A DNA stretch of 64,000 bases from Deltaproteobacteria bacterium HGW-Deltaproteobacteria-6. GTDB lineage: Bacteria > Desulfobacterota > Syntrophia > Syntrophales > Smithellaceae. The position numbers were made by a program, and so were the translations under genes. This document shows positions 8,885-17,877 of this stretch, one piece after another (position 1 is the first letter of the stretch; each line of letters starts with the position of its first letter). The stretch is taken from the NCBI GenBank assembly GCA_002840435.1, contig PHAT01000001.1, positions 592,979 to 656,978 on the forward strand. The letters run 5' to 3'. The notes under the pieces are model-generated. The model ran no database searches. It saw only the letters and a program-made list of their open reading frames with translations, and had not been told where the DNA came from.

Positions 8885-10813
8885 TTAATCCACGCCGATA
8901 ATGTTGATCGTCGTTTCGATTTCGCCGATCCGTCCGTCCCGATACCGGATTTTCCCCGTCACCGGAACATTCTTTATTCCGCCGTACATGGCCTCGATAA
9001 TCTTGATATACAGTCCATAGACGAAACGCCGGCGCACCTTTCCGGTGCGTGTCAGTTCATCATCGTCTGCGTCCAGTAGTTTATAAAGCAAAACGAACTT
9101 TTTGATTTTCATCACGTCGGGCAACTGTTCATTCACCTGTCGGACTTCCTTTAAAATCAGCTCTTCCACGGCCTTTTGCTGCGATAAATCCATATACGTC
9201 GTATACGGGATCATCCTTTCTTCCGCCCAGTTGCCGACATTGCCCAGATCGATGTTGATCATGGCGGAAATATAGGGTCTTGCTTCGCCGAAGGTGACCG
9301 CTTCCTTGATATAAGGACTGAACTTGAGACGGGTTTCTATAAAATCCGGAGAGAAAGCCTCACCGCTTTTATTGCGGATGATGTCTTCTTTTCTGCCGAT
9401 AATCAACAAGTGGCCGTCTTCATCAATGTAACCCGCGTCACCGGTTTTGAGCCAACCGTTTTCAAACGCTTCTTCCGTTGATTTGTAATCGTTATAATAG
9501 CCGGAAAAATTGGCTTCCGATTTCACCAGCACTTCCTGATCATCGGCCAGTTTCACTTCCGTGAGCGGCAGGGGCCTACCGACGGTTTCCAGTTTGACTT
9601 CGTCATCGGGCTGAATCTGAAAAATACCGCCGGATTCCGTGAGGCCATAGCACTGTTTTAAATTCAGGCCGATTGCGCGAAAAAAGCCAATCACGTCCGG
9701 GCTGATCGGATGGCCGCCGGTGAAGGCGCTGTGAAAATGCGAACAGCCCAGGCGGTCGAGCAAAGGATTATAAACAGCCACCGTTAGAAAGCGATACAGG
9801 AGTTTCGATGTCCAGGAAATATTTTGCTTGTGTAATTTTTTTTCAACAACCGATCGACCGACGCTTTCCCCAAAATAAAACAGCTTTCTTTTAATCCAAC
9901 TGGCATCCGATATCTTGACGCGGATGCGAGAGGCCATATCCTCCCAGAACCGCGAAGACGTTATGAGCATGGAAGGGCCAATGTCTCTGAAATCGTCCAG
10001 CACCGTTTCAGCCGTCTCCGGAAAGTTCATGGTCATCGCAGTGCCGAGGGCCACGCCCATCCCCCACATCTGATCGACGATCCACGCCGGCGGCGACATG
10101 GAGATCCAGTTTTCTTCCGGTTGAATGTTCGTGGCTTCCACCCACTGCGTCGCCATCGTTGTCAGATTGCGGTGGGACAGCATGGCCATTTTCGGGACAC
10201 CGGTGGTGCCCGATGTCTGGATCATCACCGCAATATCCTGCGCCCGTCCTTTGCCGATTTCCTCTTCAACATAACCCGGATGACCGGCCATGAATTTTTC
10301 ACCGATCTCCAGCAGACCGGCATAGCTGATCAGCCAGGGATCATTTTCATAAGCCGTCATGCCGGTGGGATCAATATAAACAACTTTTTGCACGTTAGGC
10401 AGTTTATCTTTTACTTCGATAAGTTTATCGACCTGCTCCTGATCCTGTACCACCACCAGAGGAGAATGAATGCGCCCGATGGAAAAAGCCAGTTCATCGG
10501 CAATGGATGACGTGAATAAATTGAGGGAGGTCGCACCCAGAGCATGCGTAGCCAGTTCGGTAAACAGCCATTCGGGGGCATTGTTGACAATCATGCAGAG
10601 ATTTTCGCCCCGTTTCATGTTCAGGGCGGCAAAACCCGCGGCGGTTTTCTTGACGTAGTTGAAGTAATCATTCCAGGTATATCTTTGCCAGATACCGTAA
10701 GCCTTTTCACGGATCGCCGTTTTCGCGTCACCGTAATGAGCGGCATTTTGAGCCAGCAGCTGCGGCAGTGTTAAATTCCGCAAATTGCGGCTATTTGATT
10801 TGTCCTTATCCAA
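8885..10813 (-). CDS. AMP-dependent (long-chain-type) acyl-CoA synthetase
   Basis: 642 aa. AMP-binding signature IQTSGTTGVPKMAMLSH and the downstream GWLKTGDAGYIDEDGHLLIIGR motif. Confidence 0.88.
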   Translation of the reverse strand: MDKDKSNSRNLRNLTLPQLLAQNAAHYGDAKTAIREKAYGIWQRYTWNDYFNYVKKTAAGFAALNMKRGENLCMIVNNAPEWLFTELATHALGATSLNLFTSSIADELAFSIGRIHSPLVVVQDQEQVDKLIEVKDKLPNVQKVVYIDPTGMTAYENDPWLISYAGLLEIGEKFMAGHPGYVEEEIGKGRAQDIAVMIQTSGTTGVPKMAMLSHRNLTTMATQWVEATNIQPEENWISMSPPAWIVDQMWGMGVALGTAMTMNFPETAETVLDDFRDIGPSMLITSSRFWEDMASRIRVKISDASWIKRKLFYFGESVGRSVVEKKLHKQNISWTSKLLYRFLTVAVYNPLLDRLGCSHFHSAFTGGHPISPDVIGFFRAIGLNLKQCYGLTESGGIFQIQPDDEVKLETVGRPLPLTEVKLADDQEVLVKSEANFSGYYNDYKSTEEAFENGWLKTGDAGYIDEDGHLLIIGRKEDIIRNKSGEAFSPDFIETRLKFSPYIKEAVTFGEARPYISAMINIDLGNVGNWAEERMIPYTTYMDLSQQKAVEELILKEVRQVNEQLPDVMKIKKFVLLYKLLDADDDELTRTGKVRRRFVYGLYIKIIEAMYGGIKNVPVTGKIRYRDGRIGEIETTINIIGVD

Positions 10814-10828
10814 CTCTTCAAGCCCTTA

Positions 10829-11659
10829 TCATTCTAGTGCCTGCGCATCTCCCAGATACGCTTTTATCACTTCGGGATTGGCGCTGATTTCTTCCGGATT
10901 GCCTTCGCCCAGTTTTTCACCGAAATTCAAAACCATGATCCGCTGGGAAATACTCATGACGATGGACATATCATGTTCAACGAGAATCATCGTGAGTCCC
11001 CATCTGCCGTTTAGTTCCAGCAGAAATCTGACCATGTCCTCTTTTTCTTCCAGATTCATGCCCGCGAAAGGTTCATCCAGAATCAGCAAACGGGGTTCGA
11101 GAGCCAGTGCCCTGCCCAGTTCTACTCTTTTCATCATGCCGTAAGGCAGAGAACCAACGGTTTGTTTGCGAATGGATTGCATTTCGAGAAAATCAATTAT
11201 CTCTTCCAGAATCTGACGATGCCTTATTTCTTCTCTCCGGACTTGCGGTGAAAAAAGGCATGAGCGTAAAAAACTGTAATGGCAATGGATATGACGCGCC
11301 AACGTCATATTGGCCAGGACGGTCATGCCGGGAAACAACTCGATGTTTTGGAAAGTTCTGCCGATACCGACGCCGACCAGCTGGTGCGTATGCAGATGCG
11401 TAATGTCCTGGCCGTTGAAAATAATCTGCCCCTGCTGCGGATGATAGAATCCGGTAACGCAATTGAGCAGACTGGTTTTGCCTGCGCCGTTAGGCCCTAT
11501 GACCGCCATCAGTTCGCCGGTATGGACAGTCAGATCCACATCTTTAACCGCCACAACACCGCCAAAACTTAAACGTAAGTTCCGGATCTCCAATTCGGCT
11601 TTTTTGTCTTCTTGGGGCCGGTTGATCATGATGGAAGGCCGGCTGCGGAATGCTTTCAT
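10829..11659 (-). CDS. livG: LIV-type ABC transporter ATP-binding protein (LivG-like)
   Basis: Walker A GPNGAGKTS, LPYGMMKRVELGRAL, Walker B LLILDEPFAG. The start could be the internal ATG at 11629. Confidence 0.9.
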   Translation of the reverse strand: MKAFRSRPSIMINRPQEDKKAELEIRNLRLSFGGVVAVKDVDLTVHTGELMAVIGPNGAGKTSLLNCVTGFYHPQQGQIIFNGQDITHLHTHQLVGVGIGRTFQNIELFPGMTVLANMTLARHIHCHYSFLRSCLFSPQVRREEIRHRQILEEIIDFLEMQSIRKQTVGSLPYGMMKRVELGRALALEPRLLILDEPFAGMNLEEKEDMVRFLLELNGRWGLTMILVEHDMSIVMSISQRIMVLNFGEKLGEGNPEEISANPEVIKAYLGDAQALE

Positions 11660-11740
11660 GAATCCCTCTGTGCAGACAAAAACACTGCGCTCAAATACCC
11701 CGGGGATGCCGGATCATCCGGCCCCCCGGGTTTAATTTCA

Positions 11741-12973
11741 TTATTTATTGATCAGTTTAATCTTATCTTTCCCGGGAATATAAAAATTCGTCAGGGGTGT
11801 ATAAGTTCCGTCTTCTTTTACTTTCACCATGCGCGCGGTAAATGACGCCTCATGATTGTCTTTGCTAAATGACACCGCCGGGACCAGGCCGCCAAAATCC
11901 TCTTTCTTCATGGATTCCAGTGCGGCATTGATCGTGGCCGGGTTGATGACTTTGGACTTTTCGCTGGCGCGGATGAAGGCTCTCTCCATTATCATCCCGA
12001 CTACGACGCCTTCCCAGTAAGCCGCATCAAACGAATCCACTGTTTTGTATCGTTTCCACAGATCTCTCATAATGTCCATTCCCTTGGATTTATCCGATGG
12101 CAAACCGCCCGGAAACTGCATCACCAGACGGTCGCGGATCAGACCCTTGCCCATTTTGAAGAAGTCCGGATCGGTGGATGTCCAGGTTCCGAGAAAGACA
12201 GGATTGTATTTGATACGATCGGCACTCTTAAAAGCGGTAATGATGGCCGAAGGCAGCATCTGAATGAAAATGTACTCCGCGCCGGCTTTCTGCAGACGCA
12301 AAAGTTCCGTATTGAGATCAACCGTACGCGGCGGAAATTCTTCAATAGCAACCAGACGAATTCCCAACTGCTTCGCATATTCCCTGCTGGGAGCATGAAT
12401 CGAACGTCCATAAGCATTGTTGTAGGTTAACAGGCCGACCTTGGGGGCTTCCTTGCCTTTATGAATGGCCTTGATGTATTCCAGAACGGCATGACAGTCC
12501 AGTTTGTAGCTCCCGAAGGGCAGATACATATAATGAACCGGTTTTTCGAGAATTTCCCAGCTGGTCGAATAGTTAATCGTCGGTACTTTGTACTCCTGAA
12601 TGATGGGTTTTGCGGCAAGTCCCTCGCCTGCACCCCAGGTGGCGATCATATCCACTTTATCCTGCATGACAAATTTGCGAACGGCCGCCTGAGCTTCCGG
12701 CACTTTATAAGCAGTGTCAATGGTAATCATTTCGATTTTCTGGCCGGCAACGCCGCCCTTTGTTTCATTGACATAACGGAAATAGTCGCGCTGGCCTTTT
12801 TCATGAAATTTCCCCCAGCTTGACGCCGGACCGGTCAGGTTGATTGCCGCACCGACCTTGATCGGTTTTTTGTCGGCGGCAGCGGTGCCAACGGTCATTA
12901 ACACAAAAACTGAAATTGCCAGCAATATTCTGATCCATCTCTTCATTTTTTTCATTCCCCCTTTATTTTTCAT
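11741..12973 (-). CDS. LIV-type periplasmic substrate-binding protein (type I PBP)
   Basis: Signal peptide MKRWIRILLAISVFVLMTVGTAAA followed by a PBP fold. The track start at 13006 lies inside the upstream terminator hairpin, so I use the ATG at 12973. The ATG at 12946, behind AAGGGGG, is an alternative. Confidence 0.85.
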   Translation of the reverse strand: MKNKGGMKKMKRWIRILLAISVFVLMTVGTAAADKKPIKVGAAINLTGPASSWGKFHEKGQRDYFRYVNETKGGVAGQKIEMITIDTAYKVPEAQAAVRKFVMQDKVDMIATWGAGEGLAAKPIIQEYKVPTINYSTSWEILEKPVHYMYLPFGSYKLDCHAVLEYIKAIHKGKEAPKVGLLTYNNAYGRSIHAPSREYAKQLGIRLVAIEEFPPRTVDLNTELLRLQKAGAEYIFIQMLPSAIITAFKSADRIKYNPVFLGTWTSTDPDFFKMGKGLIRDRLVMQFPGGLPSDKSKGMDIMRDLWKRYKTVDSFDAAYWEGVVVGMIMERAFIRASEKSKVINPATINAALESMKKEDFGGLVPAVSFSKDNHEASFTARMVKVKEDGTYTPLTNFYIPGKDKIKLINK

Positions 12974-12985
12974 CACCTTTTCCCG

Positions 12986-13026
12986 GCAAAAAAAAACCGT
13001 GGGCAAATTCTCATCTGCCCACGGTT
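12986..13026 (-). terminator. intrinsic terminator (11-bp stem, 10-nt loop, T-run) 13 nt upstream of the substrate-binding-protein start
   Basis: Minus strand reads AACCGTGGGCA-gatgagaatt-TGCCCACGGTT followed by TTTTTTT. Forward-strand arms are at 12995-13005 and 13016-13026, with the A-run at 12988-12996. Confidence 0.75.
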
Positions 13027-13045
13027 CATTCCCTTTTGCGATCGG

Positions 13046-13138
13046 TCATGATACTTTCAGGCAGACCTTGAAGCCGCTAAAGCTAAAAAAGTAAAAGTAA
13101 AAGCTGACTGCCTGGGTAAATAAATATTGTTTTAACAT
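13046..13138 (-). CDS. candidate 30-codon Phe/Tyr-rich leader peptide MLKQYLFTQAVSFYFYFFSFSGFKVCLKVS
   Basis: Hand translation: ATG at 13138-13136, TGA at 13048-13046, GAGGTG Shine-Dalgarno at 13148-13153 (9-nt spacing). It has 7 Phe and 3 Tyr. It is below the length cut-off of the ORF track. Confidence 0.4.
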   Translation of the reverse strand: MLKQYLFTQAVSFYFYFFSFSGFKVCLKVS

Positions 13139-13163
13139 ACCTTGAAACACCTCATATGCCGCG

Positions 13164-13192
13164 TGTATAGGCAAATGACTGATAAAAGTCAA
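13164..13192 (-). promoter_or_regulatory. candidate sigma70-type promoter (TTGACT - 17 nt - TATACA) for the leader and LIV-type operon
   Basis: On the minus strand, TTGACT is the reverse complement of 13187-13192 and TATACA is the reverse complement of 13164-13169. Confidence 0.4.
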
Positions 13193-13228
13193 GAAAAAAG
13201 TTATATTTCGAAAGATGAGTATCCCGTT

Positions 13229-14515
13229 CTAGCGTTCTTCCATCGGAACATAATGCCTTAAATTACTTCCGGTGTAGATTTGTCTCGGACGGCCGAGTTT
13301 TAACGGAATGGAATCGTGCATCTCCTTCCACTGCGCGATCATACCCGGCAATCTCCCGATGGCAAACATGACGGTGAACATATTCGTCGGAATACCGATC
13401 ATCCGGTAGAGAATACCGCTGTAAAAATCCACGTTGGGATAGAGTTTCCGCTCGATAAAAAAGTCGTCCTTCAAAACCGCTTCTTCTAGCTCCATGGCGA
13501 TGTCGACAAGGGGATCATCATAGTTATATTTTTTAAAAATCTTTTCACAATACTGTTTCAGAATCTTGGCGCGCGGATCATAATTCTTGTAAACACGATG
13601 TCCAAAACCGAAAAGCCTGAACTTACTGTCTTTACTCTTGGCCGAGTCGATGCATTGCTGGATGGTCACATTGTCTTTCTTGATGTTTTCCAGCATCTCG
13701 ATGACTTTTTGATTTGCGCCACCGTGCAATGGACCCCAGAGCGCGCAGATCCCCGCGCAGATTGAGGCGTAAAGGTTGGACATGCTGCTGCCGACCAGCC
13801 TTACAGCGGATGTGGAGCAATTCTGTTCATGATCGGCATGCAGAATCAATAATGTGGAAAGCGCTTTTTCAACATCCGGGTCCGGCGTATAAGGATTCAC
13901 CGGAGAGTCGAACATCATGTAAAGAAAATTCGCCGCATATTTCAAATCGCGTTTTGGATAAACATGCGGGTGGCCGATACTGTGTTTGTAGGAATAGGCG
14001 GCAATTGTGCGGATTCTGGAGATCAGGGACGCAGCCATCAGATCGAAGGTGTCCGCCTGAAAATCTTCCGTAAAGTAATCCGTATAATAAACGGACATGG
14101 AGTTGACCATTGTTGCCAGAATCGCCATGGGATGGGCGGTCGGCGGAAACCCGTCAAAGAATCTCAGCATCTCTTCATGAATCATCGAATTCTGTGTCAG
14201 GTGCTGAGAAAAAAGCTGCTGCTGAGACTGATCGGGAAGATCGCCGTAAATCAGCAGATAGGCCACTTCGGAAAAACTGGCCTTTTCGGCAAGTTCCTCG
14301 ATAGGGATGCCGCGATATCTCAAGATACCCTTGTCGCCGTCGATAAATGTGATGGAAGACATGCAGGACCCCGTGTTTTGATAGCCGAGATCCAGTGTAA
14401 TCAAACCGGTTTCCTGACGCAGCCTGGAGATGTCAACGCCCTTCTCCCCTTCCGTGCCCTCTACAACTTCCATTTCATGAGTTACGCCTTGATAGGTTAA
14501 CTTTGCTTTTTTCAT
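13229..14515 (-). CDS. gltA: citrate synthase
   Basis: Typical type II citrate synthase sequence (GILRYRGIPIEEL, LILHADHEQNCSTS, GPLHGGAN, GFGHRVYK). The ATG at 14515 (MKKAKLTYQG) has AGGAGA 9 nt upstream, so I prefer it to the track start at 14548. Confidence 0.95.
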   Translation of the reverse strand: MKKAKLTYQGVTHEMEVVEGTEGEKGVDISRLRQETGLITLDLGYQNTGSCMSSITFIDGDKGILRYRGIPIEELAEKASFSEVAYLLIYGDLPDQSQQQLFSQHLTQNSMIHEEMLRFFDGFPPTAHPMAILATMVNSMSVYYTDYFTEDFQADTFDLMAASLISRIRTIAAYSYKHSIGHPHVYPKRDLKYAANFLYMMFDSPVNPYTPDPDVEKALSTLLILHADHEQNCSTSAVRLVGSSMSNLYASICAGICALWGPLHGGANQKVIEMLENIKKDNVTIQQCIDSAKSKDSKFRLFGFGHRVYKNYDPRAKILKQYCEKIFKKYNYDDPLVDIAMELEEAVLKDDFFIERKLYPNVDFYSGILYRMIGIPTNMFTVMFAIGRLPGMIAQWKEMHDSIPLKLGRPRQIYTGSNLRHYVPMEER

Positions 14516-15032
14516 TTTTAATAGTCTCCTGACATAAAATCCATTCATTAATATCCACCGTCTGCATTACACGTCATTTCGTTGAAATAAGTGTGATAAT
14601 GAGATTTCACTTCTCCGTGATAGCCAGTGGATTGGTTTATAGAATCAACTTATTTCGTAATATATACATTAAAGGGAAAAAGTCTGTCAATATCTTATAA
14701 TGGATCACCGTGGAAAGATGGTTTCTGTATGTAACAAACGGGCAAATGCCGGGATTTAAAGAAACAATCGCTTATTGGATATTATTCAAATAGTCAGGCA
14801 TGAGCGATGGTTATCGACACTCGCCTTGAGAAAATAATCAAATCGGGAGGAAATCAGTGATCTCCCTCTTGAATGAGAAAGCGATCAGTATAATGAGCGA
14901 ATTGAATGGCCCAAACCGATTAAAAAAGGGAAACGGCCGGTTCCGGCGAGTCCGCCTGATCTTGTCTTGAGGAATTGATTGACAAACAGGACCGGCCCGC
15001 ATACTCTACGATTACAGAAAGAGGTAAATGTT

Positions 15033-15683
15033 ATGGTTGCCGCTCAGGATGCTTCATATCATTATTTAGAAGAATTATTGAACAGCATTACCCATGGCGC
15101 CGGCGCTTTGTTAAGCGTTGCCGCTTTGATTTTGCTGATTGTTTATTCCAGTATTCACGGCACCGCCAGCCACGTCGTGAGTTTTACGATTTTCGGCGTT
15201 ACGCTGATTTTGTTATATTCGGCATCCACTTTATATCACAGCATCCGGAAGCCGCAGGCAAAAAACATCCTTAAAATCATTGATCATTCCTGTATCTATC
15301 TTTTAATAGCCGGCACTTACACCCCTTTCCTGATGGTTACACTGCGTGGCGTTCTGGGATGGTCGATGTTCGCCGCGATCTGGTTGATGGCAGTTGCCGG
15401 TGTGCTTTTCAAAATATTCTTTGTGCATCGCTTTAAAATCATCTCTACAGCCGCCTATCTCCTCATGGGCTGGATTATCATTTTTGTCATTAAGCCGTTG
15501 ATTGATTCGCTTCCGCCGGGAGGCATTATTCTGCTTTTGGCAGGCGGACTATCCTATTCTCTGGGTGTCATTTTTTATGCCTGGGAAAAGCTGCCTTTCA
15601 ATCACGCGATCTGGCATCTGTTTGTCCTCGCCGGCAGTATCTGTCACTTTTTCTCCATCATTTTTTACGTCCTTCCTCTGTAA
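15033..15683 (+). CDS. hemolysin III / PAQR-family membrane protein
   Basis: 7-TM protein with N-terminal ELLNSITHG and C-terminal HAIWHLFVL motifs. The ATG at 15033 has GAGG 8 nt upstream, whereas the track uses a TTG at 14979. Confidence 0.85.
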   Translation: MVAAQDASYHYLEELLNSITHGAGALLSVAALILLIVYSSIHGTASHVVSFTIFGVTLILLYSASTLYHSIRKPQAKNILKIIDHSCIYLLIAGTYTPFLMVTLRGVLGWSMFAAIWLMAVAGVLFKIFFVHRFKIISTAAYLLMGWIIIFVIKPLIDSLPPGGIILLLAGGLSYSLGVIFYAWEKLPFNHAIWHLFVLAGSICHFFSIIFYVLPL

Positions 15684-15777
15684 TTGTTAAGGAATAAAAA
15701 CAGCCTTGAATTATCATTTTTTAAATGCTAGAAGCAGGCTTGTTTCAATAATAACAAGCTGAAACGGGGAGATCAAT

Positions 15778-17487
15778 ATGAAAAAAACTATTTCGGTTAT
15801 TCTGTGTCTGGCAGCTCTCCTGTTGGTTGTTGCAACAGTCTGGGCCAAGGATAAATATACAGTAACGGTTTTGCCGTTTTCACTGCACAGTGCAGAAAAC
15901 ATTGAATATGTCCGTCAGGGAATCGGCGACATGCTGACAAGCCGGATCGCAGTTCCTGATAAAATTGAAGTGACAAGCAAAGACGTTGTTCAGAATATCG
16001 TGAGCAAAACAGGAGCAAAGGAACTGAAACCTGCCGATGTTCAAAAAATCGGCCAGCAATTAAAAGCCGATTATGTCGTCTGGGGCAGTATTACAAAAAT
16101 CGGCAGCAGTATCAGTATTGACGGAAAACTTATCGATATTACGGGCGGAAAATCGGATGTCGGCATTTTCTCCCAATCACAAACCCTTGATGAAGTCATT
16201 CCGAAAATCAATAATTTTTCACAACGGATCGTCCAGCACATTCTTGGAACAACACCCCAGGCGGAGCCGGCGCCATCCGTCGCACCCGCGGCGGTTCGAC
16301 CTCCCGTTCCCGGAGCATCGCGTGAAGCGCAAATCATTGCGGGAATGAAGGCTGGCAGCAAAAAGGGCACCCTGACCTCCATGATCAATCCGGAATACAT
16401 CAACACAGCCGATCCCATCAACCGGCGAGGCTTCTGGATGAGTCAGCAGTTCAAAACGGAATTTAAAGGGATGGACGTAGGCGACGTCAACCGCGACGGA
16501 TTGAACGAAGTCGTCGTTATTGACAGCCACAATGTGTATATATACCAGAAGACCAAGGATAATTTAAAATTACTCAAGCAAATAAAGGGAAAATCGTACC
16601 ATAATTACATATCCGTGGATATAGCAGACATCAACAAGGACGGCACTCCGGAAATTATTGTCACATCCTTAATGGAGAAAACACTCAATTCTTTCGTCCT
16701 GCAATACCAGGACGGCGACTATAAGATGATTGCTTCAGGCATCGAGTATTTTATGCGTATGATCGATACCCCGTCGGGCATTCCGATCCTTCTGGGACAG
16801 ACTTTTGGCACGGGAGAGAAGATCTTTGATACGCCGATTTATGAAATGGTATGGAAGAACGGGACCTATGATGCCGGCGATAGAATGAAAATACCTCAGG
16901 GCTTATCCATTTATGGTTTGACAATGGATACAATTGGTTCGGGGACCAGTGAAAAAATTATTGCCCTGGATGAACTGGACTACTTATTAGTTATTACACC
17001 AACCAATAAATCGTTGAGCCGGCTTTTAACTTTTGGTTTTACTCCCGAAGAATTGATCTGGAGAAGCGATGATGTTTATGGCGGCAGCAATAACTATATC
17101 TCCAACTTTGACAAGGATAGATCCACCAGCAGCGAGTCCGTTCAGAAAGATAACGCATTTGCCAATTTGCGTATTCTGTCGTTCGATACCAACAAAGACG
17201 GCAGGAAGGAACTGATTATTGTTAAAAACCTGTCGTCTTCAGGCCGAATTTTTAAAAACTTGAAACTTTTCACATCCAGTGAAATATACAATCTGGAGTG
17301 GGATGGCCTCGGAATGATGGAAAACTGGCGTACAAAAAAAATTAATGGCTATGTCGCCGACTACTGTTTCAAAGATATCAACAACAACGGTAAACCTTCC
17401 ATTGTCCTGGCCCTGGTCCAATCCGTCGGAGGGACGCTCAGTGAACGAAGTGTCATCGTTGTTTATGAATTGGCGATGCCTCAATAG
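15778..17487 (+). CDS. secreted FG-GAP/VCBS-repeat protein with an LpoB/CsgG-like N-terminal domain
   Basis: Signal peptide MKKTISVILCLAALLLVVATVWA. Repeated Ca-binding-like loops DVNRDGLNEVVVID, DINKDGTPEIIVTS, DTNKDGRKELIIV and DINNNGKPSIVLA. Confidence 0.8.
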   Translation: MKKTISVILCLAALLLVVATVWAKDKYTVTVLPFSLHSAENIEYVRQGIGDMLTSRIAVPDKIEVTSKDVVQNIVSKTGAKELKPADVQKIGQQLKADYVVWGSITKIGSSISIDGKLIDITGGKSDVGIFSQSQTLDEVIPKINNFSQRIVQHILGTTPQAEPAPSVAPAAVRPPVPGASREAQIIAGMKAGSKKGTLTSMINPEYINTADPINRRGFWMSQQFKTEFKGMDVGDVNRDGLNEVVVIDSHNVYIYQKTKDNLKLLKQIKGKSYHNYISVDIADINKDGTPEIIVTSLMEKTLNSFVLQYQDGDYKMIASGIEYFMRMIDTPSGIPILLGQTFGTGEKIFDTPIYEMVWKNGTYDAGDRMKIPQGLSIYGLTMDTIGSGTSEKIIALDELDYLLVITPTNKSLSRLLTFGFTPEELIWRSDDVYGGSNNYISNFDKDRSTSSESVQKDNAFANLRILSFDTNKDGRKELIIVKNLSSSGRIFKNLKLFTSSEIYNLEWDGLGMMENWRTKKINGYVADYCFKDINNNGKPSIVLALVQSVGGTLSERSVIVVYELAMPQ

Positions 17488-17490
17488 TTA

Positions 17491-17519
17491 TTGACAAACG
17501 CTCTACTCTTAGATATAGC
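17491..17519 (+). promoter_or_regulatory. candidate promoter (TTGACA - 17 nt - TATAGC) for tRNA-Met
   Basis: TTGACA at 17491-17496 and TATAGC at 17514-17519, about 65 nt upstream of the tRNA. Confidence 0.45.
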
Positions 17520-17583
17520 GTCCGGGCGACTTCGTAAGCACATGCTTGCCAATATCGCCTGAAAGCCAGACAAATTGATCAGA

Positions 17584-17660
17584 GGCGGTGTAGCTCAGCT
17601 GGTCAGAGCATACGGCTCATATCCGTAGTGTCCCCTGTTCAAATCAGGGCACCGCCACCA
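17584..17660 (+). tRNA. tRNA with CAT anticodon (elongator Met, or Ile2 if lysidine-modified)
   Basis: Cloverleaf folded by hand: acceptor GGCGGTG/CACCGCC, D stem GCTC/GAGC, anticodon stem TACGG/CCGTA with loop CTCATAT, T stem CCCTG/CAGGG with loop TTCAAAT, encoded CCA. It is not initiator-like because it lacks the GGG/CCC anticodon stem. Confidence 0.93.
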
Positions 17661-17690
17661 TTTCACAATTCAGCAGTTCCTGAACAGTAC

Positions 17691-17720
17691 AAAAAACCGC
17701 TAGAAATAGCGGTTTTTTGT
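17691..17720 (+). terminator. intrinsic terminator after tRNA-Met
   Basis: AACCGCTA-gaaa-TAGCGGTT, flanked by an A-run upstream and TTTTGT downstream. Confidence 0.75.
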
Positions 17721-17877
17721 CATTTACCGGATAGGGAGGCGCCTCAGGATACAGGCTGTGAGCCGATGATTGTCTTTAACTTGACCGTTTGACATTTTAT
17801 TCATTGCAGAATATAGGATAAGCTGTATTTATTTAACAACAAACAAACGCTTAGCGGAGCTTTTCACAAAGAATCAC

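Noticed and set aside
12974-13006. Longer start (13006) for the substrate-binding protein given by the ORF track
   Set aside because: The extra 11 codons would be translated from the terminator hairpin and its T-run. The signal peptide begins after the downstream Met codons.
13964-14500. 178-aa plus-strand ORF
   Set aside because: It is antisense to citrate synthase.
17584-17660. Possibility that the CAT-anticodon tRNA is the initiator tRNA-fMet
   Set aside because: It has a normal 1-72 base pair (G-C) and lacks the three consecutive G-C pairs at the bottom of the anticodon stem. It is therefore elongator Met or Ile2, not the initiator.
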